Positions 7,104 through 15,534 of a stretch of 28,487 nucleotides of DNA are shown here, piece by piece. Numbering within the stretch: the stretch's first letter is position 1; every line of letters starts with the position of its first letter. The DNA comes from a virus (taxonomy: Duplodnaviria > Caudoviricetes): the IMG/VR virus record IMGVR_UViG_3300043442_000575, positions 1 to 28,487 of that record; one strand, given 5' to 3'. Made by a program: the position numbers and the translations under genes. The notes beneath the pieces were generated by a model. It was not told where the DNA came from, made no database searches, and saw only the letters and a program-made list of their open reading frames with translations.

Positions 7104-8114
7104 ATGCGTTCCATTCTCTCGTCCACGCTGCCCCTCCTGCGTGACAAGCTCATCGACAACTCCTTCGTGAGCCATCCCCTGTTCCGGGCCATTGAAGCCT
7201 CGGGCAACCTCGTGAAGATTTCGGGCGGCTCTCGTATCGAGCAGCCGGTCATCTTCGGCGAGCACTCCAGCCTCAGCGTGCTGAGCAACGGCTTCGAGCC
7301 GGTGTCCATGGCCGTGACCGACCCCTTCTACACGGCCAACTTCGAGTGGGCCAACTTCACTCAGCCAATCGTGTTGAGCGCAGTGGAGAAGGCCGCCAAT
7401 AAGGGCGACGACGCCATCGTCAACATCCTTGAGGGCAAGATGAAGAACGTCCTCCTCGGGATGAAGAAGGCGGTGAACCAGCAGGTCATGGTTGGCACCG
7501 GGGCGGTGTCCACCCTCCAGACCCTCAACGGCAACGGCACCAGCACCTCTGCCCCCGTCACCACGGGTTGGTTCGAGGCCCTGGCGAGCACCGCGCAGAC
7601 CAACACGGTCGGCGGCCTCTCCAAGACCACATACCGCAGCAAGAACTGGTTCAACCAGTGGTATGACAGCGCCGGCAGCTTCGCTCTCAGCCACCTCGAT
7701 GAGCTGTTCATCAACTGCCAGACCTACCACCCCGCCGGGAAGACCCCCGACATCATCCTGATGTCCCCGAAGTGCTTCGGTGCCTTCCAGGCGCTTCAGC
7801 AGTCCTCGGTGCAGTACGTGAGTGCTTCCGACCGTGAGTCCCTGGACCGGGACATGGTGGCCATGTGGCGCGGCGCGAAGATTTACGTGGACCCCAACCT
7901 CGGCTTCACCTCGGCTGGTGGGGCGCCCGTGTCGGCCTACGTGCTGAGCAGCGACCTGTTCCAGCTCTACACCGACACCGACGGTTGGTTCCACGTGAGC
8001 GACCTGATGCCCGTCCCCGGCACCGCGACCGAGGCGGCCATGGTGTTCTGCCGCATGCAGCTCGTGACCGGTCACCTCGCGAGCCACGGCATCCTGACCG
8101 ACGCCGAGGCTTGA
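7104..8114 (+). CDS. Major capsid protein (336 aa, HK97-fold expected)
   Basis: Size, position after scaffold, very high GC3; LSSTL..LRDKLIDN..HPL, SGG..I..P and PDIILM patterns. Confidence 0.85.
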   Translation: MRSILSSTLPLLRDKLIDNSFVSHPLFRAIEASGNLVKISGGSRIEQPVIFGEHSSLSVLSNGFEPVSMAVTDPFYTANFEWANFTQPIVLSAVEKAANKGDDAIVNILEGKMKNVLLGMKKAVNQQVMVGTGAVSTLQTLNGNGTSTSAPVTTGWFEALASTAQTNTVGGLSKTTYRSKNWFNQWYDSAGSFALSHLDELFINCQTYHPAGKTPDIILMSPKCFGAFQALQQSSVQYVSASDRESLDRDMVAMWRGAKIYVDPNLGFTSAGGAPVSAYVLSSDLFQLYTDTDGWFHVSDLMPVPGTATEAAMVFCRMQLVTGHLASHGILTDAEA

Positions 8115-8179
8115 TGCAGCCTACGGGCTGCTGACCCTTCAAGTCACCTTCTCCCCCCTCTTCAATTGGAGCCTTCAAC

Positions 8180-8635
8180 ATGGCTACCTCGAACCTCATT
8201 CAGTACCTCTCGGCCGGTGAAGCCGCCAACACGAGCAACCGCCGGGTGGTGGAGACGTACCTCACCGCTGGCGCGGTCGCGCTCGGTGACTGGTGCGCGC
8301 TCGACACCAGTCAGACCGGAGCGGACAAGGCCCTCTACGTGACCCCCACGCCGGCTACCGCCGGCCGGGGCAACGTGGTTGGTGTCGCCATCGAAGCCAT
8401 CACCGGGACGGCCTCTGCGCCCGCCCAGGTGAAGGTGTGCATCGCCGGCTACGTGGCTGCGGCGAAGGTCGCTGCCGGTACCGCGCAGCATGCCTCCCTG
8501 ACCACCTCCGCCACCCTCGGAACCGCCGTGACCTACGCCACCGGCACGCATACCGCCACCGGCCCGGCAGGCGTTGCCCTGACCGCCGAGGCGGCCGGCT
8601 TCTCCGAGTGCTTCGTGTACGGGCGCTTCTGCTGA
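8180..8635 (+). CDS. Capsid decoration/cement protein (151 aa)
   Basis: Small Ala/Gly/Thr-rich protein after MCP; AVALGD..ALD and VVGVA.EA patterns; RBS GGAG. Confidence 0.65.
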   Translation: MATSNLIQYLSAGEAANTSNRRVVETYLTAGAVALGDWCALDTSQTGADKALYVTPTPATAGRGNVVGVAIEAITGTASAPAQVKVCIAGYVAAAKVAAGTAQHASLTTSATLGTAVTYATGTHTATGPAGVALTAEAAGFSECFVYGRFC

Positions 8636-8644
8636 AACCCCCTT

Positions 8645-8678
8645 CCCGAGGGGGCGGCCCACAGGTCGCCCCCTCGGG
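8645..8678 (+). terminator. Strong hairpin after capsid genes (terminator or processing/stabilising stem)
   Basis: CCCGAGGGGGCG / CGCCCCCTCGGG 12-bp perfect stem; lacks a clear U-tract. Confidence 0.55.
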
Positions 8679-8686
8679 CCTCTCCC

Positions 8687-8784
8687 GGCCCTTCGTTCTC
8701 GTTCGGCTTCAGATAGCTGACCTGCCTCGGGGCTCCGGGGGGTCCGTACGAGGACGAAGGGCCTCTCTCGTCCCCCCTCTGAAG
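8687..8784 (+). ncRNA. Candidate structured cis-regulatory RNA upstream of tail genes
   Basis: 20-bp stem 8687-8706/8744-8763 (18 WC, 1 GU, 1 mismatch); loop ends complementary to 8772-8784. Confidence 0.4.
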
Positions 8785-8801
8785 TGAGGTTGTAGACCCC
8801 A

Positions 8802-10175
8802 ATGAACCTCGGCAACCTCATTGACTTCGTCGGCAACCTCCTCGACTACGACCCGACAAACGACACCTATCGGGAGCAGCTTGTCTCCCTGCTGAACGAC
8901 GCGCAGACCCGGTGCTTGACCGACCGCCCGTGGGACTTCGCAACCCGCGACCGCAAGCTCAACGTCTACACCGACGCCTCCGTGAGTGTGGGTGTGACCA
9001 ATGGCAGTGGGTTGGTCACCGGTGGGCCCTTCCCCGTGAGCACCACCAATGTGCGGCCCGGTTCCTCCTATGAGTTGGGCATCTTGCGCGTGACAGACAG
9101 CGCAAGTGTGACCGCGGACTATCGCGTCATGTACGTGTCCACGGGCAACCAGCTCTTCTTGGACCGGGACTTCACGGGTGTAACGGGGGCCTATACGGCC
9201 ACCTTGTTCAGGCGTGAGGTCTACCTACCCTCGGACTGCGCCCAAGTGCAGAACGTGGCTGACCCGGCCGTTGGTGTGCCTGCCAAGCTGCTGGCCCTAA
9301 GCAAGTGGGAACGCGAAGACGCGAACCTCGACCCCGCGCAGCTCGGCACCCTTGAAGCCTACTTGCCCTCCGAAGGGCTCAGGGTCCAAGCCCCGACCAC
9401 TCCCCGCGGTGTGCAAGTCGTGGCTGCCGCTCCGGGGCAAGGCATCCGCACTATCAAGCTCTACATGGTCAATGTGCTTGGTCCCGCGAGCCCTCCCTTC
9501 CCCGTCTATCCCCGGGATGTGAGCGACGGCTTCGAGAGCGCGTTCAGCAAGCCCGAGACCTACACGCTCTCGGACACCGAGACTCTGCGCATGACCCCGG
9601 AGACAATCCCTAACAAGACTGGTTTTTATCGGCGCTACTACTTCACCTGCCCCGAGGCGAACATCCTCGCGCCCGTTCGGGTGAGGGACGCCTTAATCAA
9701 CAACCTCACGGTGACGGGCGTAGATACCGTCCCGCCTCCGGGGGGTATCACCCTTGCACCGAACCTTGCGCTGAGCCACTTGAGCGGGCAGAGCTTCCAG
9801 GCGACCAGCATCCGCTATCAGTTCGACCAGAGCGCGGTGTATCAGTCCGTGCAGCTCTATCCCCATCCGTCGGAGGACCAGGAGCTTGACTGCCGCATGG
9901 TCATTTCGCCGTCACGGATGTTGGAGGACCAAGACGCCCCTCTCATTCCTGCGGCGTATGCACAGCTCATTGCATATGCCGCGCTTGAGTCCCTGACCCT
10001 CAAGGTGGACAACGCTGCATTGTCGCAGGTCTACGCCCGCAAGAAGGACGTGCTCTACAAGGGCATGGAGCAGACCTACTTGAAGGTCGTCCCTCGGCGC
10101 CTTGTGAAGGGCGAGCCTACTTCGGGCTTCCGCTTCGGCTCCAACCCCTTCGGCCCCTTGCGGCTCATCCCCTAA
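8802..10175 (+). CDS. Head-tail adaptor / tail tubular protein A-like with large beta-rich insertion (457 aa)
   Basis: N-terminal LLNDAQ....PWDF and C-terminal LYP.P...P.IP..Y..LIAY.A motifs typical of podoviral adaptors. Confidence 0.65.
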   Translation: MNLGNLIDFVGNLLDYDPTNDTYREQLVSLLNDAQTRCLTDRPWDFATRDRKLNVYTDASVSVGVTNGSGLVTGGPFPVSTTNVRPGSSYELGILRVTDSASVTADYRVMYVSTGNQLFLDRDFTGVTGAYTATLFRREVYLPSDCAQVQNVADPAVGVPAKLLALSKWEREDANLDPAQLGTLEAYLPSEGLRVQAPTTPRGVQVVAAAPGQGIRTIKLYMVNVLGPASPPFPVYPRDVSDGFESAFSKPETYTLSDTETLRMTPETIPNKTGFYRRYYFTCPEANILAPVRVRDALINNLTVTGVDTVPPPGGITLAPNLALSHLSGQSFQATSIRYQFDQSAVYQSVQLYPHPSEDQELDCRMVISPSRMLEDQDAPLIPAAYAQLIAYAALESLTLKVDNAALSQVYARKKDVLYKGMEQTYLKVVPRRLVKGEPTSGFRFGSNPFGPLRLIP

Positions 10176-10197
10176 GCCACAAGAGAGGAGACACGCC

Positions 10198-12384
10198 ATG
10201 CAGGGCACCGTCTTCCAAACACCCCTTGCCGGGGGCCTTGAAACCCGCCAACCGCAGAACCCGCAGAATGCGGGCCGGGTGGAAAACTGGAGCACTGACA
10301 AGAACACCGGGGGCTGGACTTCCATGCTCGGCTACGAGCCGTTCAGGCCGGGCCAAACTACTTGGGACCCCTTCGGGACATGCGGGCCGGTCTACTCGCT
10401 GCATGTCGCTCAGCACCTTGCAGGCGGCGCCCGTCAGCATGTTCTCTTCGAGGAGGGGGGCAACCTCCACCTGCTCTATGACTCGACCGGAACACCCGTT
10501 CTGCGCACCCTCGCCACGGGGCGCCATGTCCCGACCGCCATGGAGCCAGGCTCTTGGTACACCGACACCGGCTATGGCACGGTCGTGACCAACGGGGTGG
10601 ACCGACCCGTGCTCGTCAGGCCGTGGCCGCTCTCGGGCCTCTCTGATAGCGCGAACACCATTTCGCAGTGCATCCGCCCCTTCGGCTTCGACGGGCTCCC
10701 GGCACCCCCGGACCCGCACAACGTCAAGCCCGTTCCCCCGCCCCCTTACCCGCCGAACATCCCCATCCCCGGAGGCGGTGCTACGACGTTGTGGTGCCCC
10801 GCTGACGGGAACGCGGTCCCCGACGGGGGTCGGTGGGGCCTGGGCTTCGCGAACAACGTGGGCGGGAACGACGGAGACAAGTCGGCCATCTTCGGTTGGG
10901 CCGTGAGTTTTATTAGCGACACCGGGAGCGAAGGGCCAACATCCACCCTTGCAAGTGTGCGGTGGGCCCTTCAAGCCGACGCCGAGGGGTTCCGCCATGC
11001 CTGCTGCGTGGACCTCCCGCTCGGCCCCAAGGGCACGGTCGCACGCAAGGTCTACCGCACGACCAACTACTCGGACGACTACAGCTTCCCGGGAGACACG
11101 ACCCTCTACTTCATTGATGTGGTGCGCAACAACGTAGAGACCACGTTCTTCGACGCGGTGGCCACGGCGAACCTGGGGCAGCCGAGCCCTGAGATTGCGA
11201 CCGGTCCCCTACCAGCTCCAAGAGCCCGGTTTTCTGCCCTGTACAACGGCTGCTTGTTCCTCGACGGCGGAGTCGACGATAGCCGCACCCTCTACTACAG
11301 CGCCGCCGGCCTTATCGAGCAGTTTGCCGCCGACGCATACATTGAGCTGGCTTCCACCGGGGGCGGAGTCACCGCGCTCTATGCGAGCTACACGGCCCTG
11401 CTTGTCTTCCGTGAGAACGGCATTGATGTGGTGCAAGGGGACTACGCTTCGGGCTTCACGGTCACCACCGTGAGCAACAACGTGACCTGCCGGGCCCCAC
11501 ACAGCATCAAGACGGTCCCGGGCTTGGGCGTCGTGTTCCTCGCGAATGACGGGGTGTACGCGGTCACGGGCGGCCTCGTGGGCGGTGCCAACACCGAGGT
11601 CTTGAACCTGACGGCGAACCTCGACGCGGTTCTCACAAGGGTGACGGCCGACTGCCATGCCAAGGCAGTCGGTGTCTATTCGGAGAAGCTCCGGGAGTAC
11701 CAGCTCCACGTCCCGGTGGACGGCAATGACCGGCCCAACATGGGGCTGGTCCTACACCTTGATCGCCTGTTGAACCCGGGCGGGGCCGCTCCTCTAAGCC
11801 CGTGGTCGACCCGTGTTGGTTTCCCCGTGGGGGGTGCAAGCACCTTCTTCGACGGCACGGTGCTCTTCGGCCACAACACCGGCAGTCAGGACGCAACCAC
11901 GAACTCGCAGCGTGGGTTGTTCGTCATGTCGGGCAAGAGGGCCGCGGGCAAGGTGCCGTCCAACAACACGCTTGTCTATGCAGCCCTACCTGCAAGCGTC
12001 TACCGGAGCGCTTGGTGCAGCTTCGGTGACCCCCAAGTGCAGAAACAAGTGACCTATGTGACCTTGTGGTTGTCTACCACCGGGAACATCCCCGTGACCG
12101 TGCGGCACTACAAGGACTTCAGCCTGACGCCCGTGGAAGAGCGCACCTACTATGCGCAGCCTCCTGATGCCCCGCGCCTGCCCGTGCTCGACAAGGCGGT
12201 CATTGGGAGCACGGGCACCACCTACTCGGACGAGCGGTTGGTCCCGCTGCGTGTCAGCGTGGCTCACATGAGCGCCGCTTGGTTCTGTTTCGAGCTTGAG
12301 ACAACCGGTGTCCTCACCCTCGTGGGCTATGAATATGAGTTCGCGACCAAGGGCACCAAGGTCGTTGCGGGGGTGCGCGCGTGA
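10198..12384 (+). CDS. Tail nozzle / tubular protein B-like (P22 gp10-type beta-propeller, 728 aa)
   Basis: N-terminal GGL motif, YNGCLFL..LYYS, VTAL....LLVF, GVVFL..DGVY blades; position after adaptor. Confidence 0.75.
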   Translation: MQGTVFQTPLAGGLETRQPQNPQNAGRVENWSTDKNTGGWTSMLGYEPFRPGQTTWDPFGTCGPVYSLHVAQHLAGGARQHVLFEEGGNLHLLYDSTGTPVLRTLATGRHVPTAMEPGSWYTDTGYGTVVTNGVDRPVLVRPWPLSGLSDSANTISQCIRPFGFDGLPAPPDPHNVKPVPPPPYPPNIPIPGGGATTLWCPADGNAVPDGGRWGLGFANNVGGNDGDKSAIFGWAVSFISDTGSEGPTSTLASVRWALQADAEGFRHACCVDLPLGPKGTVARKVYRTTNYSDDYSFPGDTTLYFIDVVRNNVETTFFDAVATANLGQPSPEIATGPLPAPRARFSALYNGCLFLDGGVDDSRTLYYSAAGLIEQFAADAYIELASTGGGVTALYASYTALLVFRENGIDVVQGDYASGFTVTTVSNNVTCRAPHSIKTVPGLGVVFLANDGVYAVTGGLVGGANTEVLNLTANLDAVLTRVTADCHAKAVGVYSEKLREYQLHVPVDGNDRPNMGLVLHLDRLLNPGGAAPLSPWSTRVGFPVGGASTFFDGTVLFGHNTGSQDATTNSQRGLFVMSGKRAAGKVPSNNTLVYAALPASVYRSAWCSFGDPQVQKQVTYVTLWLSTTGNIPVTVRHYKDFSLTPVEERTYYAQPPDAPRLPVLDKAVIGSTGTTYSDERLVPLRVSVAHMSAAWFCFELETTGVLTLVGYEYEFATKGTKVVAGVRA

Positions 12385-13055
12385 AGCACTGGACCGAGCG
12401 GGAAGCCGCAACAAACACGACCGTCTCGCCAGACCTCCTCAACAAGGAGCTTCAAGCGAGTCAGTCAAGCATGACCACGCTAAGTCGGGAGCAGCTTCCA
12501 AGTGCGGTGTTGGACCCCACCCGCATGGAGGACCATGCACTCCATAGGGTGTGGACCTCTTCGCGGTGGCCGACCGCCACGGAAGGCCAGCAGGACGCCG
12601 ACGCGGACCCCGACGTAGAGGGCCGGACGTGGCGCGCTTCGACTATTCAGGTACACGCCGGAGGCTGGACCGACGTTGGCGCCACGCCCATTACCTTGAC
12701 GGGGTTCAAGGGAGGGAGCCTCTACTTCGAGTATGGGTGCAACGTCTACGCCAACAACATGTTCGCCAAGGGCGTCAACGACGGTGCCCCTGGGTCGCCG
12801 GGGTTCATGCGCATGCGCGTCCTCGTGAATGGCGTGCCCCTCGTTGAGCGCCGGGGCAAGAGCTTCGTTGGCCGGCAACGGGTGTTCGGCTCCGGGGTGT
12901 TCATGGCCGGGGACTTGACCGTGCAGGTGCAGTTCCGCTTGACTGAACCCTCGGGGGACGGCAACTCGAACTCCAATGCCGCACCGCCCAACAACAACAT
13001 TGTCTTCGGGCACGTCTATAGCGGGAGATACCTCGCCGTAGGCAGGTGGAGGTAG
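12381..13055 (+). CDS. Putative tail/virion protein (224 aa)
   Basis: GTGA overlap with nozzle; N-terminal VSPDLLNKE anchor-like motif, beta-rich C-terminus. Confidence 0.6.
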   Translation: MKHWTEREAATNTTVSPDLLNKELQASQSSMTTLSREQLPSAVLDPTRMEDHALHRVWTSSRWPTATEGQQDADADPDVEGRTWRASTIQVHAGGWTDVGATPITLTGFKGGSLYFEYGCNVYANNMFAKGVNDGAPGSPGFMRMRVLVNGVPLVERRGKSFVGRQRVFGSGVFMAGDLTVQVQFRLTEPSGDGNSNSNAAPPNNNIVFGHVYSGRYLAVGRWR

Positions 13056-13058
13056 CCC

Positions 13059-13958
13059 ATGTCTCGTATCACCACCCCCCCGGCGCAGGACGGGCAAGCC
13101 CTCACAGCCGCCGACTTAAACTCCCGCTTCACGGCGTTCTCCCAAGCCGGAGCTGTGAACGGGTTCAACACACGAGACGGTGCCTTCGACCTGCCGCAGT
13201 TCAGCTCGACGCCGTTTATGGCGCCTCTCATGGCGACCGGAGTTATTGGGCGGGACGACTGGAAGCACACGGCCTACAACACGGACGCCGCCCCGGCGGC
13301 CGGTCCTGCTTCGCCCTTCTTGGTGCGGGACGCCGCAGGAACTGCAACCCCGCTGGCTCTCGGAGGAGCCAGCGGCTGGACCATGACCACCGAGCAGGTG
13401 CTTCGGGTCTATTGGGACCTGAGCGTCCGCCCCCGCTATACGCCGGGCACGACTCCGTGGCTTACAGTCGGCTCGCTTGGTTTCTGGGATGTGGGTTCGG
13501 GGGCCGCAACCCTCGTGGGGTCTGGTATGTCTTGTTGGGCGTTCTGGCTGCAATGGGACCTGACCAGCAGCGCCCTTGTGAACTGGGTCGATGTGCCGCA
13601 ACAGTCGTCCTTCAACGACGCGGTCGGGGGCCTTCTCGGTGCTTCGCTTGGCAACACCATGGGCACTACCGTGGTTCCGCCATGGTTTGACGTAACCAGA
13701 GGGCTCGACAATGGGAACTTCTCCTCGACCTCTGACTACGCCGTCGGGTGGACCGGCATTTCCGGGGACTGGAGCTTCCAGCCCGTGATGAACACCACCG
13801 TCTACGGGCTAAGGGTCGTGTTCACCGGAACCCTCCATGCGTGGAACACAGGCGGGGTCAACTACCTTGTCCGTGACGACGCATGCAACGCCACCGGCGA
13901 TGTGTTTATCGACCACAACGGGGGCCGGCTTGGTGCTATGGTTATGCGTGACCGCTGA
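13059..13958 (+). CDS. Putative tail/virion protein (299 aa)
   Basis: RBS GGAGG; N-terminal DGQALTAADLN fibre-anchor-like motif; Trp/Gly/Thr rich. Confidence 0.65.
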   Translation: MSRITTPPAQDGQALTAADLNSRFTAFSQAGAVNGFNTRDGAFDLPQFSSTPFMAPLMATGVIGRDDWKHTAYNTDAAPAAGPASPFLVRDAAGTATPLALGGASGWTMTTEQVLRVYWDLSVRPRYTPGTTPWLTVGSLGFWDVGSGAATLVGSGMSCWAFWLQWDLTSSALVNWVDVPQQSSFNDAVGGLLGASLGNTMGTTVVPPWFDVTRGLDNGNFSSTSDYAVGWTGISGDWSFQPVMNTTVYGLRVVFTGTLHAWNTGGVNYLVRDDACNATGDVFIDHNGGRLGAMVMRDR

Positions 13959-14006
13959 CCACCCACCGGCCCCTCCATTCTCCCCACACTGATTGTAGCA
14001 GGCATC

Positions 14007-14723
14007 ATGGCCTACACCCCACCGACCACCTTCACCACCAACACCGTGCTCACGTCCTCGGCGCTTGAGGGGAACATGGAGGCGTTGCGGGTCTACCTGC
14101 ATGAGGGCATTGTTGTGGGGGACCTTGAGGCGGCGAAGTGGGTCCAAACCCGGCATGTCCAGCCCCCGGACTACCTGCCCTATGCCGGGCTCAATCATGG
14201 CGTCACGGGCTACCAAGGCGGTCAGAACGCTGGCGGCGCCAACGTCCGACTGAGCTTCGCGACCAAGTTCCTGACGGGGAATGGGCGCACGGGGAGCAAC
14301 AGCTTCGTGAACGTCCCCAACAGCAGCTTCGCCCTTGATATCCGTAGGCCCGCCAAGCTCCTCTTCCACTATTGGTGGGAGTGGGAGGTCGGCCGGGACA
14401 GCTCGACCCCCGCGTACCAACCGGCTGCCGACGAGCGCTTGGTGTGGTTCGCCCCGTGGGTCGGCGACATCACGAACGCATACGACCTGTACCGAGCGGC
14501 TGCGCAGGAAACCCGGAACGCCGCAGTCGGGATAGGTAACACCTACCCCATTGGCCTCGCAGACCCCCCATCTCAAACCGGGGGCTATGATGCCAAGCAA
14601 GGCACCCTCATGCTCGACTACAATGTGGTCGGCGTTCTCAAGTTTGGGCTGGCTTCGCACTCGCAGGTTGATCGCGTTGGTGTGGTCAATTGGGGTGTGG
14701 CCGCCGAAGTCTTCTACTTGTAG
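14007..14723 (+). CDS. Putative tail/virion protein (238 aa)
   Basis: N-terminal MAYTPPTTFTTNTVLTSSAL..N anchor-like motif; operon context. Confidence 0.65.
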   Translation: MAYTPPTTFTTNTVLTSSALEGNMEALRVYLHEGIVVGDLEAAKWVQTRHVQPPDYLPYAGLNHGVTGYQGGQNAGGANVRLSFATKFLTGNGRTGSNSFVNVPNSSFALDIRRPAKLLFHYWWEWEVGRDSSTPAYQPAADERLVWFAPWVGDITNAYDLYRAAAQETRNAAVGIGNTYPIGLADPPSQTGGYDAKQGTLMLDYNVVGVLKFGLASHSQVDRVGVVNWGVAAEVFYL

Positions 14724-14735
14724 CCGGAGGCACCT

Positions 14736-15428
14736 ATGGACCCCATTACACTGGCCCTCCTCGGAGGGGGACTCGCCAAGGCCGGGGCGGGCATTGCCTC
14801 GGGCATCGGGACAGCGCGTGCCGCCAAGAAGCAGTTCTTGACCCCCGCGGAGGAGCAAGAGCTTGCAGAGCTTGAGGCCCGCAAGCGTGCGGGCACCCTT
14901 GGCCTCACCGAGGGTGACAGAGGCCGGCTTGAGCAGCAGTTCTTGGCGGAACAGGCCGGGGCCCAACGGGAGCTTGAGGCCACGGCCCTGCAACAGGCCG
15001 CTGCCCGTGGCTTGCAGAGCGGTGTCTCCGGAAGGGAACTGTTCCTTCAGGAGCAGGCACAAGCCTCGGCTGAGCGGGGCATGCGCCAACAGCAGAACCT
15101 CGCGCTGCTTGAGGTCGACCGCTCGCAGCGCGAAGCAGAGCTGGCCCGTATCGACGCCATGCGGGCCCAACAGAAGGGTGCCGAGGCCCAGCGTGCTGCG
15201 GGCATTGCCCAAGCCGTATCCCTCGGGCTCGCCGGAGCTGGCGATGTAGCCCTGCAAGCCGCCTCCATGAGGCAGCAGGCCAAGCTGAACGAGCTTGAAG
15301 CAGCCGCCCGTGCAGAGACGGACCAGTCCCTCCTCAACAGGCTCTTGGCCTACCCGGGTGGGGTCACGGGTGGTGGCATCGTGCCCCCCGTGACCCGCCC
15401 CCCTACCGTCCGTTACGAGAATATATAG
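14736..15428 (+). CDS. Putative DNA ejection/pilot protein (230 aa)
   Basis: MDPITLALLGGG..GAGIASGIG hydrophobic Gly-rich N-terminus then Gln/Ala coiled coil, as in P22 gp7-type ejection proteins; RBS GGAGG. Confidence 0.7.
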   Translation: MDPITLALLGGGLAKAGAGIASGIGTARAAKKQFLTPAEEQELAELEARKRAGTLGLTEGDRGRLEQQFLAEQAGAQRELEATALQQAAARGLQSGVSGRELFLQEQAQASAERGMRQQQNLALLEVDRSQREAELARIDAMRAQQKGAEAQRAAGIAQAVSLGLAGAGDVALQAASMRQQAKLNELEAAARAETDQSLLNRLLAYPGGVTGGGIVPPVTRPPTVRYENI

Positions 15429-15494
15429 AAGAAGATACCTTATATTCTCGTAACGATTTCTCAGAAGTGAGCCTTCTAAGATAGTTTTTGAGCC
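15411..15494 (+). repeat. 84-bp AT-rich palindromic element, copy 1
   Basis: 81/84 identical to 26710-26793 (first 66 bp identical); 15-bp arms CGTTACGAGAATATA (15411-15425 / 15441-15455) around a 15-bp spacer. Confidence 0.95.
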
Positions 15495-15534
15495 CTCCCC
15501 GACTCTTGGCCCCACCATGCGAGAGGTCCACCAC

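Noticed and set aside
8112-8182. Read-through or frameshift fusion of MCP to the decoration protein
   Set aside because: The genes are out of frame, no slippery heptamer is evident, and the downstream gene has its own GGAG RBS
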